DNA of 64,000 nucleotides, from contig CAWEZH010000001.1 in the NCBI GenBank assembly GCA_963813535.1, forward strand, positions 64,001 through 128,000, read 5' to 3'. Shown piece after piece: positions 1 to 11,098 of the stretch. Positions within the stretch are counted from its first letter, which is position 1. Every line of letters starts with the position of its first letter. Under the pieces are notes generated by a model. That model was not told the origin of the DNA. It saw nothing but the letters and a program-made list of their open reading frames with translations, and searched no databases. The DNA is from an uncultured Chloroflexia bacterium (GTDB lineage: Bacteria > Chloroflexota > Limnocylindria > Limnocylindrales > CSP1-4). A program made the translations under genes and the position numbers.

Positions 1-1603
1 CCGCCGCGCGATCGCGGAGCGGGTCTCGCGCGGCAACGGATCGACGACGTCGCGCTCCGCCACGGTGACGTGCGCGTCGCTGGGTGACGTTGCGTGGTGA
101 CGGAGGAGTTCGGTCGCCACCCCCTGCCGCCGGAACGCCGGCGCGACACCCACCGCGAGCAACTCGCGACCGCCGTCGCGTGGGTCGCTCGGTGTGGACA
201 GCGCAAGACCGACCACGGTCGAGCCGACCAGCACGGCAGACACGACCGCCGGGTCGCTCGCCCCGAGCGCGGCGGCGACCAGGGCGTAGGCGGAGACCGG
301 ATCCGCCGGCGCGATCACGCGGGGCGCCAGCGCGAGATTCGCCCACGTGGCGGCCTCGACCCGTTCGATGATGGTCGGGGTACCGGCGATCGCCTCGGGC
401 GCACCTGGCATCGAACCGGACGGTTCGGCCATCGGGTCCCACCACCCGTTCTCGATCGCCGCGACGAGCAGCCGGGGCGTCACCACGCTCTGCTGTATGG
501 CGCCCGTGGCATAGGCCTGCTGATCGGCCACCTCCTGGGCGGCGTCCACAGGAAGGCCGGCGTTCGGTTCGTCGGTGAACCGCTCTGGGAGCGGCGCCTG
601 ACCGTACCGAGCCGCCTCGGCCGACCAGCGGTCCCGCCACGCCTCCGGCGTGGCGTCCGGCACCTCAAGGTGCGCGCCGGCGAGCCAGGTGAGTGCCCAG
701 GTCCGGGGTACCACTCGATAGGCGTCGTAGCCGCCACCGCCCGTGGCGAGCCACCGTCCCCGCCCATGCCGATGGGCGATCGAAATCGACGAGGCGGGCG
801 GCCTCGCCATGCGCGGTCGTCGTCACGTTGAGGTGTGCCAGGGGATCCCACGCATGCGAATCGGCGCCATGCTGGGAGACGATGAGATCCGGCCCGAACG
901 CGGCGGCCAGCGCGGGCAGGTGCCAGCGGACGACCTGCGTCCAGGCCGCCTCCCCGGTGAACGGTGGCAGCGGGACGTTGACGGCCGTCCCGGCCGCGGC
1001 TCCCTCCCCGACCTCGGTGACATCGCCGGTCCCCGGGAACAGATAGCGTCCGCTCTCATGGATCGAGAACGTCAGGACGCCGGGATCGTCCCAGAAGAGC
1101 GCCTGCACGCCGTCGCCGTGGTGCACGTCGAGGTCGATGTACATCACCCGCAGTCCGTCTCGCCTGGCGCGGGCGATCGCGAGCGCGGGATCGTTGTAGA
1201 TGCAGAACCCCCAGGCGCGATCCCGCATGGCGTGATGGAGACCGCCACCCGGGTGGAAGGCGTGCTCGACGTCCCCCCGCAGGATCGCCTCCATCGCCCG
1301 GACCGAGCCACCGGCGACCGCCGCGGCCGCCTCGTGCATGTCCAGGAACGGCGGGTTGTCCTGGATCCCGATGCCTGATTCCGGGAGCCCGTAGGGATCG
1401 ATCGAGAAACGCTTCACGACATCGACGTACTCGGGCGAATGGCACATCAGGAGGTCCGCATCCGACGCCGGTTCGGGCGCGAGATCAGGCTCCGCCCCGA
1501 CCGCCCGGAGCAGGTCGAAGCCCGGCCCGAACCGGCGCGGCGTCAACGGATGGCCGGGCCCGAAGTCGTAGTCGGTCGATCGGGGGCCGAAGACGAGCAG
1601 CAT
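1..1603 (-). CDS. acuC: AcuC/histone-deacetylase-family protein with C-terminal GNAT-like domain; one frameshift at about 785; runs off the window edge
   Basis: Motifs GHPLTPRRF, HPGGGLHHA, GFCIYND, YIDLDVHHGDGVQ, SIHESGRYLFPGTG, QHGADSH..DPL. Removing one T at about 785 gives SIAHRHGRGRWLATGGGGYDAYRVVPRTW, and that frame stays open to base 1, including ELLAVGVAPAFRRQGVATELL. Confidence 0.85.
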
Positions 1604-1645
1604 GCTGCGCACGATACCGAGTGACGGCCGCGCTACCATCCGTCG

Positions 1646-1873
1646 ATGCAGGACATCGGGATCGTGCTCATCGTGATCCTCATCCTCGTGCTGCTGTGGC
1701 GCGGTCCGAAGACCCTGCCGCAGCTCGGCCGAGCGTTCGGACGAGGCGTGCGCGAGGCCAAGGAAGAGGCCGGCAAGGCCCAGGCCGAGATCCAGTCGCG
1801 GACGACGACTGACCCGCTCGACGACGATCCGGAGGCGCCCCGATCCGAGCGCACCCCGCCGGACGCGACCTGA
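1646..1873 (+). CDS. tatA: Twin-arginine translocase TatA/TatE subunit
   Basis: N-terminal TM, then GPKTLPQLGRAFGRGVREAK amphipathic helix; 75 aa. Confidence 0.9.
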   Translation: MQDIGIVLIVILILVLLWRGPKTLPQLGRAFGRGVREAKEEAGKAQAEIQSRTTTDPLDDDPEAPRSERTPPDAT

Positions 1874-1883
1874 CCGCGGCGGC

Positions 1884-2486
1884 GTGACCCCGGACGAGCT
1901 CGCCGCCCTTACCCGCCGACCGGGGCCCGGTCCGCATCGGACGTCGATCCACGTCGCCGGCGCGGAGACGACGACACTCGCCGATCTGCCACCGGCACGC
2001 GATGGGCTGCTGTTCGTCGGGCTGAACCCCTCCCCGGTCAGCGTCGACGCCGGTCACTACCACCAGGGCCGACTCGGACACCGTTTCTGGCAGCGCCTGA
2101 TGCTCGCCACGATCATCCCGCTGGGCACGGACCTCGCCGCGGCCGACGACGCCCTCGTCGCGGCAGGCCACGGCATCACGGATCTCATCAAGCGGCCATC
2201 TCCACGCGACGAGGCGTCGGATCAGGAGCTGCGCGAGGGCGTCGGTCCGCTATGGCAGAAGATCGCCCTGTGGCGGCCCGGTGCGGTCGTGTTCATCTAC
2301 AAGCGGGTCGCCGAGATCGCCGCGGGTCGGGTGCTGCTGGAGCCGTGGGGACAGCTCCAGGGCGTCGCCCTGGCCGGCCGGCCGTGCTTCCTGATGCCGG
2401 GCCCGTACGCGTCGACCGAGCAGGTCGACGAAGGACTCAACCTGCTCCGGAACCTGGCGGCGTCGCTTCCGGTCGATCGGCCGTAG
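1884..2486 (+). CDS. mug: Mismatch-specific uracil-DNA glycosylase (Mug/TDG family)
   Basis: LLFVGLNPS..S...GHY...GHRFW and GITDLIKRPS motifs. Confidence 0.8.
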   Translation: MTPDELAALTRRPGPGPHRTSIHVAGAETTTLADLPPARDGLLFVGLNPSPVSVDAGHYHQGRLGHRFWQRLMLATIIPLGTDLAAADDALVAAGHGITDLIKRPSPRDEASDQELREGVGPLWQKIALWRPGAVVFIYKRVAEIAAGRVLLEPWGQLQGVALAGRPCFLMPGPYASTEQVDEGLNLLRNLAASLPVDRP

Positions 2487-3411
2487 GAGCGCCGTCCTCG
2501 ACCGCGGACGACGGCGTCGGCAGACCGAGGACGAACGCGGCGGCGAGCAGGAGCCATCCCGCGTACGACACCAGCGGAGTGATCACGAACACCACCGGCT
2601 GCTGGTCGGCCTGCAGGGGCACGAGGCCCAGCACTGGGAAGATCAGGCGCAGTCCCAGGAGTGCCAAGGCGCCGAGCGCCGCCAGCACCCAGGCTCGCTG
2701 CGGGGTCTCAGCGGCCATCCACCCCCCGACGGTGACCGTGGCGACGTACGCCCAGCCGAGCGTCACCAGCCCGCTGAGGACCGTCCCAAGGATCAGCTGC
2801 ACGATGAGGATCGGCGTCGCCTGATCCGGAAGGCCGGTGAGCACCAGGAAGGACAGCACCGTCGACACGATCGCGAGCGCTCCGAGCCAGATGGCGAGCG
2901 GCCGCTCGGCGGACCGACGTTCCCGGGACCGTGCCGACGAGAGCCCTGCCCCGAGGTACAGCAGGCCGAAAACGGCCAGCAACGAGGTGAAGAGTCGGAA
3001 GGCGAACAGCGCGGGGGCTTGGGAGAGCGGATCCGTGTCGCTCGGGGGTGTGATCCCGCTGAGGAACCGGCCGATCGGTTCACTGAAGACGTCGAGCAGC
3101 TCGCCGAACGCGAGAAGGAGCAGACCGAAGACGAGCAGCGGCATGGTGCGTCGTGCGTCGGGGTGCCGCCAGAACAGCACGAGCCCCAGGACCGGCGCGG
3201 TGACGGACGCTGTCCAGGACAGCACGTAGCTGATCGCCGCCCCCGCATCAGCGCCGTTGACCGACGGATCGAAGAGCTGTGTCGCACGCCAGACCTGCAG
3301 GAGTGTCACCGCTGCGAAGAACAGCGCCCACGGCGATTGCCGGGTGACGACGTCGGGGAGGTGCGGCGGTCGCGCATCCGGGATCGGCCGCGGTGTCGTG
3401 GTCTCGCTCAC
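2437..3411 (-). CDS. Hypothetical multi-pass membrane protein
   Basis: About 8 hydrophobic segments. GTG start at 3411 is 7 nt after a TAGACT -10-like hexamer. Confidence 0.7.
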   Translation of the reverse strand: MSETTTPRPIPDARPPHLPDVVTRQSPWALFFAAVTLLQVWRATQLFDPSVNGADAGAAISYVLSWTASVTAPVLGLVLFWRHPDARRTMPLLVFGLLLLAFGELLDVFSEPIGRFLSGITPPSDTDPLSQAPALFAFRLFTSLLAVFGLLYLGAGLSSARSRERRSAERPLAIWLGALAIVSTVLSFLVLTGLPDQATPILIVQLILGTVLSGLVTLGWAYVATVTVGGWMAAETPQRAWVLAALGALALLGLRLIFPVLGLVPLQADQQPVVFVITPLVSYAGWLLLAAAFVLGLPTPSSAVEDGAPTADRPEATPPGSGAG

Positions 3412-3421
3412 GTCGCGGAGT

Positions 3422-4669
3422 CTATCGGGGGTGTCCACCAAGCCACAGAGCGTCGGGTGCCACGGCACGGAGCCGCTCGACGGATCGCCGCCACGAAGGC
3501 TCGTCGATGGGTCCGAAGACCGACCGCGCGCCACGTCGACCGTCGAGGTCGCCCGCAACGGCAAACTGCCCCTCCCCGACGACGAAGGCGAGGCTCTCCG
3601 GCTCAAGGCCAGGGGTCGCGACGACCCGCAACGGGACGTCCCCCGCATCGACCGTCAGCCCATCGCCGAGCTCGACGACCCGGTGCGGCAGGTGGCGGCC
3701 CCCACCGCGGCCGACGAGGACTTCGATGCCGAGCTGCTCTCGCACTGACTCCGCCCCGCCCGCGTGATCCGGCTCCGCGCACGTCAGGGCGATGGCCTCG
3801 ATCCGTCCTCCGCGCTTCGCCGCCTCGTCCATCGCTCGGTCGAGACCGGGGCCGGTCGGGTCACCCGGATCGATCAGGACGAACCGTTGCCGCCCGACGA
3901 GGTACGCCTCGACCGGCTGACCGGCCACCCCACCGCCCGCCGGCATCCCGATCCGGACGATCTCATCGGAGATGACCTCGACCTCGACCTGGCCGAGACG
4001 ACCCTGCGTCAGGTCCGAACGCACCTCATCGATCGAGGTCGCGTGGAGCAATTGGACAAGCGTCGTCGAGGTCGGCAGCCACATGGCCAGCTCCTCCCGC
4101 GCCATGGCCTCGAGCGCGGCGGCTGGCCGGTGCCAGGCGTGGGCGGCGACCTCCTCGCCGACCAGCGACGCCTCGACGCCCTCCGGTGCGAGCGCCGCGA
4201 AGAACCGTGCGTCGAACCGACGCTCGAGGATGGGTGGCGTGACCCATCGCGACAGAGGCACGAGGCGGTCGGTCCGTAGCCGCAGGTCGAGCTCCTCGGC
4301 GAGCGAGGGGAACGCGTCGGGTCCCGCCAGCAACCGGCGCCGGGCAGCGACGAGGTCGACATCGGCCCGGTGATCGGCCAACAGGATCCCGACCTCCTCG
4401 AACGCCTCGCGGATGGCGGCGATATACGCCGCGAGGGCCTGGGTCGGAGGCAGGTCGCCGCCGAGCGCCTCCGCCGCCGCCTCGGGCGAGACCACGCTCC
4501 GTGCCTGGACGGACGGTTCCGCGTCAGCGGCATCGACCCTCCCGCCCGGAAAGACCTGGACATCGGGCGCGAAGGACATCGATGCGGGCCGATGCGTGAG
4601 GAGGGCCTCAAGGCCGTTCGGCCCGGGTCGGAGCAGGACGACCGTCGCGGCGGGCAGCGGTGTCGACAC
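3422..4669 (-). CDS. NUDIX hydrolase fused to a degenerate metallo-beta-lactamase-fold domain
   Basis: VFPGGRVD...AAIREAFEEVG Nudix box and RWVTP...RRFDARFF; C-terminal LIDPG...DHAGG...TPG...GD...GH MBL-like pattern. Confidence 0.8.
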   Translation of the reverse strand: MSTPLPAATVVLLRPGPNGLEALLTHRPASMSFAPDVQVFPGGRVDAADAEPSVQARSVVSPEAAAEALGGDLPPTQALAAYIAAIREAFEEVGILLADHRADVDLVAARRRLLAGPDAFPSLAEELDLRLRTDRLVPLSRWVTPPILERRFDARFFAALAPEGVEASLVGEEVAAHAWHRPAAALEAMAREELAMWLPTSTTLVQLLHATSIDEVRSDLTQGRLGQVEVEVISDEIVRIGMPAGGGVAGQPVEAYLVGRQRFVLIDPGDPTGPGLDRAMDEAAKRGGRIEAIALTCAEPDHAGGAESVREQLGIEVLVGRGGGRHLPHRVVELGDGLTVDAGDVPLRVVATPGLEPESLAFVVGEGQFAVAGDLDGRRGARSVFGPIDEPSWRRSVERLRAVAPDALWLGGHPR

Positions 4670-4676
4670 GGGGTCG

Positions 4677-6741
4677 CTAGGACGCTGGAGGCGCGGCGAG
4701 CTGGTCGATCAGGCGTGCTGCGGTCGTGACCGGCAACGAGCACACGAAGTCGCGACAGACATACGCCGTGGGCATGTCGTCGACGAGCGGCCGATCGTGG
4801 AGCAGGTCGATGGCGGAGGTCGTCGCCGCCGCAGGCGGCGCCGCGGCCATGACCTGGAACGGGCGCCAGGTCGCCCAGATGGGCTCGAGCAATGCTCGGG
4901 TCGAAGCCTCGGACGGATCGCCGACGACGGCCACCTCGACCGAATCGCCCGCCGCGAACGACGCCGCGACCAGCCATTGAGCGAATGCCGTCGGGTACCG
5001 CGTCATGTGCGGTGCGACCGTGCCGATCGCCCGTTCCGCCGCGTCGCGGTAGCGCCCCTCACCCGTCAGCGCGCCCAGGCGCAGCAACACCGTGGCCGCC
5101 ATCGCGCCACCGGACGGGACCGCGTTGTCCTGTGGGTCCTTCGGCCGGGTGATGAGCGTTTCGTGATCGATCGCGGTGTCGAAGAAGCCGCCCTCCGGAT
5201 CGGCGAACCGCTCGAGGATCGCGTCGGCAAGGCCACGAGCGAGCGTGAACCAGCGCTCGTCGAAGGTCGCCTCGTACAGGGCGAGCAGACCCTCCGCCAG
5301 GTGGCTGTAGTCCTCGAGCACACCGGCGCCGACCGCCCGGCCGTCCTTCCACGACCGTCCCAGCACACCGTCCGCATCGAGGAGTCCACCCACGATCGAT
5401 TCCGCTGCCGCCACGGCGGCGGCCGTGTACCGCTCCTCCTCCAGCAATCGACCTGCTTCCGCGAAGGCCGCGATCGCAAGACCGTTCCAGGCGGCCAGCG
5501 CCTTGTCATCGCGCGCCGGCTGGGCACGATGCGATCGCGCCTCCAGCAACGCTTGTACGCGATGCGGCCAAGGCGGCCTCAAGACCCGCCTCACGCTCTG
5601 GTGGCTCCGAGATCGACGGCCATACCCGCGAGAGGATCGTCACGCCCTCCCAATTGCCGGCATCGGTCACGCCGTAGGCGGATGCAAAGCGCTCGTAGGC
5701 CTCGTCGTCGCCCAGGACGTCGCGGATCTCCCCCGCGGTCCAGGTGAACGTCTTGCCCTCGACGCCCTCGGTGTCGGCGTCCTGGCTCGAGGCGAACGCC
5801 CCGTCGTCGCGCCGAAGCTCGCGAAGCATGTAGTCGAGCACGCCGACGGCCACCGATCGATAGCGGTCCGCGGCCTCGCCACTGACGACGTGCGAGGCAT
5901 GGAGGTAGACGCGCGCCAACTGCGCGTTGTCGTAGAGCATCTGCTCGAAGTGCGGCACGAGCCATCGGGAATCCGTGGCATAGCGATGGAACCCGCCACC
6001 GAGCTGGTCGCGGATGCCACCGTCGGCCATCTTGTCGAGCGTGAACCGGACCATCGCGCCCGGGCTGCCGTCACCCGCGGCGAGACGGCGCAACAGGTAC
6101 TCGATCGTCATGGGCTGCGGGAACTTCGGAGCGCCGCCCCACGAACCGTTGCGGGTGTCGTAGTTGGCGTCGAGGGCGTCATTCACGACCCGGAAGAAGC
6201 CCGCATCGATCACCGCCTGCCCCCCCGGCACCGCGACGCGCGCCTGCTCTACGAGGGCCGTGACGAGTCGCTGACCCGCGGCGGTCACCTCGTCGCGTTG
6301 CGTCCCCCACGCCTCGGAGACGCCCTCCAGCACCTGACGGAACGACGGCATGCCGTGGCGAGGCTCGTCCGGGAAGTACGTCCCGCCATAGAAGGGCTGG
6401 CCGTCGGGCGTCAGGAAGACCGACATCGGCCAGCCGCCACTGCCGGTCATCGCCTGGACCGCGCCCATGTAGATCGAGTCGAGGTCGGGCCGCTCCTCGC
6501 GGTCGACTTTGATCGACACGAACCGTTCGTTCAGCAACCCGGCCGTCGCTTCGTCCTCGAACAATTCGCGCTCCATGACATGGCACCAGTGGCAGGCGGC
6601 GTAACCGATCGAGAGGAAGATGGGGCGATCGAGGAGCTTGGCTCGCGCCAGGGCGTCGGGGCCCCACGGCCTCCAATCGACCGGGTTGTTGGCGTGCTGG
6701 AGCAGGTAGGGGCTCGTCTCGCCCGCGAGGAGGTTGGGCAT
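4677..6741 (-). CDS. YyaL/SSP411-family thioredoxin-domain protein; frameshift at about 5553
   Basis: [51 protein letters not shown] in one frame; [25 protein letters not shown] in the adjacent frame. Confidence 0.9.
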
Positions 6742-6954
6742 CGACCCGATGGTACGCCGGGCTGGTGGAAGACCTCCCGGTGCCCGACAGCACCGCAACT
6801 CGCGGCGAATCCGCGGCCACGGTCTCGATGATCGCCCGGTATGGGCGTTTGGGTATGGTCTCGTGGCCGCCGCTAGACTAGGCTTCGGAGCCTGGCGTGC
6901 CGCGGAAGTGGACCGCCGGTCATAGGGGGTGCCTGTCGTGGAGTACAGGCCGTC

Positions 6955-8754
6955 GTGAGACGGATGATCGTCGGACTTCTTATCGCCATGCTCGGCGTCG
7001 GTATCGCCGGCCCGGTCGGGGCCGCTGCTGCGCCGGTCGCGACGGGTGTCCCCAAGGTCGTCCTCATCGTGGGACCCGCCGGCGCGGCGACCGATCGATA
7101 CCGTGCCGAAGCCCGCGATGCCGCGGCGCTGGCCCGCAAGTTCACGCCCGACGTCACCGAGATCTACTCACCTGACGCCACGTGGCCGGCGGTAAAAGAG
7201 GCCATCCAGGGCGCGAGCGTCGTCGTGTACATGGGACACGGCAACGGCTGGCCGAGCCGGTACCGCAACGAGCTCTATCCGCCGTCCCAGAACGGTTTCG
7301 GGTTGAACCCGTCGGCCGGTGGCGGCGACGGCACCCATCAGTACTTCGGGGAGGCTCGGATCGCGGAGAGCATCCGCCTCGCGCCGAACGCCGTCGTCCT
7401 GCTCAACCACCTGTGCTACGCGTCCGGCAACACCGAGCCCGGGCTGCCCGAAGGCACGCTCGCGATGGCCAGACAGCGGGTCGACAACTTCGCTGCCGGG
7501 TTCGTCGCCGCCGGAGCGGCAGCCGTGGTCGCGGAGGCGCACGACAGTCCCGACTACATGCTCAAGGCCGTGCTGGCAGGACGAAGCGGGATCGAGTCCG
7601 CCTGGCGACGCGCACCGAAGGCCAATGGCAACCGTTTCGCCTTCGAGAGCGCGCGAAGCCCCGGCTACGTCGCCCAGATGGACCCGGACAATGCCTCGTC
7701 CGGCTTCACTCGGTCGATCGTCCTCAAGAAGGGCCTCGCCTCCAAGGACGTCCTGCGGCATGCCCGCGGTCGCGCGCACGGCGCCGAGGCAGTGCCCGAT
7801 CCCGCGACCCTCGTGCCGAGCCTGGTCGGCACGGGTCTGTCGATGAAGACCCCCAGCCTTCGATCGACGCTTGCCGGGCAGCGGCTCTGGTACCGGATCC
7901 CGTATCGCGTGGCCGATCGCGATCGACTGCCGGATGGGCTGCAGGCGAGCGTCCGCTGGGACCCGCTCGACCCACCGGCGACCGATCCGTCGACACCGGC
8001 CGACCCCGAGACGCCACCCGACTTCGGGCTGATCACGCCGGAGCGGATCGGCGATGTCGTCGCTCCGACGGCCCTTAAGGTCGATACCAAGAACCTGTCG
8101 ATCCGGGTCTCGGCGCCCGCGGCACCCGGGCGCTACCGGTTGACCATCACGCTCCACGACAAGGACGGCGTGGCGTACGACCCGGCCTCGCAGGCCGAGA
8201 TCGCCTCGTTGATCGTCCGCCTCACCGGACCCCACGACGCAGCGGTGTCCGCGCCGACCGGCCTGACGCTGGAGCCCGGTGCATCGCACGCCGTGTCGCT
8301 GTGGGTGACCAACCTCGGCCACACCGCGTGGGGCCAGAAGGCGATCCCCGGCACGAAGGGCGTGGGCAACCGCAAGCCCGTCGGCTCGTCGCCCGCGACC
8401 CACGCGCGCATCGTCGGGACGTGGGTGGCGCTCGGCGTCGACGACCCGGCGCAGCTCGACGCCGCGGCGGCAGCGTCGATCACGCCGGCGGAGCTACCGG
8501 CCGCCTTCACACCACGGGCCGTCACGAAGACCGACCTCCTGCTGTTCGCACCGAGCACGGCCGGCGAGTACCTGCTGGTCATCGACATCGTGACGCCGGA
8601 GGTCGGCTCACTGGCGGCACATGACGTCGAGCCGACGATCGTCCGAGTCCATGTCGCCGAACCCGCGCCCGCCGCGACCGCGTCGCCTGCCGCGCCCGCC
8701 GCGACAACGGCGCCGGTCGCGACAGTGACGCCCGAGGCACCGGCAACCGAGTAG
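6955..8754 (+). CDS. Secreted protein with a predicted clan-CD (caspase/gingipain-like) peptidase domain and Ig-like C-terminal domains
   Basis: Signal peptide; VVVYMGHG and [12 protein letters not shown] His/Cys pattern; beta-rich C-terminus ([20 protein letters not shown]); Pro/Ala/Thr tail. Confidence 0.6.
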   Translation: MRRMIVGLLIAMLGVGIAGPVGAAAAPVATGVPKVVLIVGPAGAATDRYRAEARDAAALARKFTPDVTEIYSPDATWPAVKEAIQGASVVVYMGHGNGWPSRYRNELYPPSQNGFGLNPSAGGGDGTHQYFGEARIAESIRLAPNAVVLLNHLCYASGNTEPGLPEGTLAMARQRVDNFAAGFVAAGAAAVVAEAHDSPDYMLKAVLAGRSGIESAWRRAPKANGNRFAFESARSPGYVAQMDPDNASSGFTRSIVLKKGLASKDVLRHARGRAHGAEAVPDPATLVPSLVGTGLSMKTPSLRSTLAGQRLWYRIPYRVADRDRLPDGLQASVRWDPLDPPATDPSTPADPETPPDFGLITPERIGDVVAPTALKVDTKNLSIRVSAPAAPGRYRLTITLHDKDGVAYDPASQAEIASLIVRLTGPHDAAVSAPTGLTLEPGASHAVSLWVTNLGHTAWGQKAIPGTKGVGNRKPVGSSPATHARIVGTWVALGVDDPAQLDAAAAASITPAELPAAFTPRAVTKTDLLLFAPSTAGEYLLVIDIVTPEVGSLAAHDVEPTIVRVHVAEPAPAATASPAAPAATTAPVATVTPEAPATE

Positions 8755-8843
8755 GCGGTCGGACGGACCGGACCATCCTCCCCGCTCCCGGAACGTCTTC
8801 GTCAGTCACGCGCAGGCCCTGCCGTCATACCATCGACGGCGAG

Positions 8844-9467
8844 ATGGTCGAAGCCAACGCCGTCACCGGCTTCCTGCCCTCGGTCCACGGGTTGCATTTC
8901 CAGAACCGGTACCCGTCCGGGCCGACGCTCCGCCTCGGGGTCATCGATCCCCGCTGGGTCGGCGTCGGCGACGCCGACGCGGGGCTGTGCGGTGGGATGA
9001 GCTGGTTCGTCCGTGAGTGGTTCGAGACCGGTCGGTCGGTGCCACCCGACACGGGCCCGCCGGAGAACGGCTCCCCGCTGTTCAAGGCCATCGTCCGCCG
9101 CCAGGTCCTGTCGCTCGACTGGATGCGCGGCCCGTTGCGCTTCTGGCTATCGGCCGGCTCATCGCCCGAGCGACTCCGCCAGCGGAGCCTGCAGGTCGAG
9201 TGGCCACGAATCCGCGCGGCGATCGATGACGGCCGACTGCCGATGGTCGGCCTGATCCGCCACCACGGCTGGAACCCGTTCGACCTGACCAGGGATCACC
9301 AGGTCCTGGCATTCGGGTACGAGACGTCCGGTCCGGCCGGCCCGACGACGATCCGCCTCTACGACCCGAACTGGCCGAACCGCGACGACGTGTCGATCAC
9401 GCTGCTCGGTGGCGGCTTCTTCCAGTCGACCGGTGAGCAGCTCTTCGGAGTGATCTCGCTGGCCTGA
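8844..9467 (+). CDS. Hypothetical protein with a papain-like Cys-His-Asp motif set
   Basis: GLCGGMS, HQVLAFGYE and IRLYDPN in papain-fold order. Confidence 0.6.
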   Translation: MVEANAVTGFLPSVHGLHFQNRYPSGPTLRLGVIDPRWVGVGDADAGLCGGMSWFVREWFETGRSVPPDTGPPENGSPLFKAIVRRQVLSLDWMRGPLRFWLSAGSSPERLRQRSLQVEWPRIRAAIDDGRLPMVGLIRHHGWNPFDLTRDHQVLAFGYETSGPAGPTTIRLYDPNWPNRDDVSITLLGGGFFQSTGEQLFGVISLA

Positions 9468-9518
9468 GGCTTGGGACGCACCCCCTCGATGGCCGCTGTC
9501 GCGCGCATCGCACCTTCG

Positions 9519-9569
9519 TTGACTTCAGCCTGCGACGCCGTATCCTAAAGTCATCAGACGACTGACGAC
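9519..9569 (+). promoter_or_regulatory. Sigma70-type promoter with a downstream palindromic operator (candidate GntR site)
   Basis: TTGACT(9519)-16 nt-TATCCT(9541); GTCATCAG-acga-CTGACGAC (9550-9569) inverted repeat with 1 mismatch. Confidence 0.6.
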
Positions 9570-9607
9570 CCGCTGACGCGCGGGTCCGGCGGAGGACTCG
9601 CGGATCG

Positions 9608-11098
9608 GTGTACGCCATCGGTTGTGATATCGGGTCGCAGAGCCTCAAGGGCACCCTGCTCGATCCTTCCGGCGCGGCGATCGCCCAGGCAGCGGCGTCC
9701 TACGACGTCGAGTACCCCCATCCCGGCTGGGCGCAGCAGGACGTGCGCGACTGGCGCGTGGCGCTGGCGAGCGTCGTCGGTGACCTCCTCAGCACGGCAC
9801 GCGTCGCGCCGGCAGACGTCGCCACCCTCGGGCTGGCCTCGCAGGTCGATGGTCTCGTCGCCGTCGACGCCGACGCCGAGGCGCTGCACCCGGCCATCAT
9901 CTGGCTCGATCGGCGTGCCACATCGCAAACCGATCGGATCGATGGCGTCCAGCCCGCCGACATCCGCCGCATCACCGGCCTGAACCTCGACGCCTCCCAC
10001 GTCGCACCAAAGATCCTGTGGCTCCGGGAACAGTGCCCGGATGTCTTCGAGCGCGCTGCCGGCCTCCTCCTCCCCGGCAGCGCGCTCGTCGCATGGCTGA
10101 CCGGCGAACGCGTGCTCGACCATGCGAATGCCTCGTCGACGCTCCTCTACGACGTGACGACGCAGGCCTGGTCGCCGCGGATGCTCGATGCGACGTCGCT
10201 CGATGCGGAGCGGCTCGGATCGATCGAGGCCGCCGCCACCGTGGTCGGGGCGATCCGACCGGGACAGGCGGCGGCCATCGGCCTGACGCCGTCGACGCGG
10301 GTCGTGGTCGGGACGGGCGACGAGCATGGCGCCAGCCTCGGGGCCGGCGGGATCCGGCCCGGCATCGTGATCGATATCACGGGCACGGCCGAACCCGTCG
10401 CGGTGGCGGCCACCACGCCGGTCATCGACGAGACCGGGCTGGTCGAGACGCACGGGCACGCCGACCCACGTGTGTGGCTGGTCGAGAACCCGGGGTTCGT
10501 GTCGGGCGGCAGCGTGCGCTGGTTCCAGGACCTGTACGGGCGCGGGACCACCGTCGCGGAGTTGGATGGCGAGGCGATCAGCGCGACCAAGCCCGGATCG
10601 GATGGCGTCACATTCCTGCCGACGCTCTCCGGCGCGACCGCCCCACGCTGGAACGACCGGGCGCGCGGCGTCTTCGCCGGCCTGTCCCTCAACCACGGTC
10701 GTGCCCACCTGTACCGGTCCGTGCTCGAAGGCTGCACGTTCGCCCTGCGCGACATCGTCGATCGGCTCGACGCGATGGGTCTCGGCGCCGACGAGATCCG
10801 CGTCGTCGGCGGCGGGGCGCGCAGCCGTCTCTGGCTCCAGATGAAGGCCGACGTCACCGGTCGAACCGTGCGCGTGCTCACGACCGACGAGTCGACGGCG
10901 CAGGGCGCCGCGATGCTGGCCGGCGTCGGCGCCGGGACGTTCAGGGACCTCGACGACGCGGTCGAGCGGCTGACGACACTGGCTCCGACCGCCTACGTGC
11001 CGGATCGCAGCACCACCGGGGCGTACGACGACGCGTACGGCCGGTATCGCGACCTGTTCGATGCGGTCGAGCCGGGCTTTTCGCGGTCGCCGGCATGA
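9608..11098 (+). CDS. FGGY-family carbohydrate kinase (xylulokinase-like)
   Basis: IGCDIGSQSLK, IIWLDRRA, PKILWL, GTGD, FLPTLSG..APRW, GGGARSRLWLQMKADV. Confidence 0.9.
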   Translation: MYAIGCDIGSQSLKGTLLDPSGAAIAQAAASYDVEYPHPGWAQQDVRDWRVALASVVGDLLSTARVAPADVATLGLASQVDGLVAVDADAEALHPAIIWLDRRATSQTDRIDGVQPADIRRITGLNLDASHVAPKILWLREQCPDVFERAAGLLLPGSALVAWLTGERVLDHANASSTLLYDVTTQAWSPRMLDATSLDAERLGSIEAAATVVGAIRPGQAAAIGLTPSTRVVVGTGDEHGASLGAGGIRPGIVIDITGTAEPVAVAATTPVIDETGLVETHGHADPRVWLVENPGFVSGGSVRWFQDLYGRGTTVAELDGEAISATKPGSDGVTFLPTLSGATAPRWNDRARGVFAGLSLNHGRAHLYRSVLEGCTFALRDIVDRLDAMGLGADEIRVVGGGARSRLWLQMKADVTGRTVRVLTTDESTAQGAAMLAGVGAGTFRDLDDAVERLTTLAPTAYVPDRSTTGAYDDAYGRYRDLFDAVEPGFSRSPA

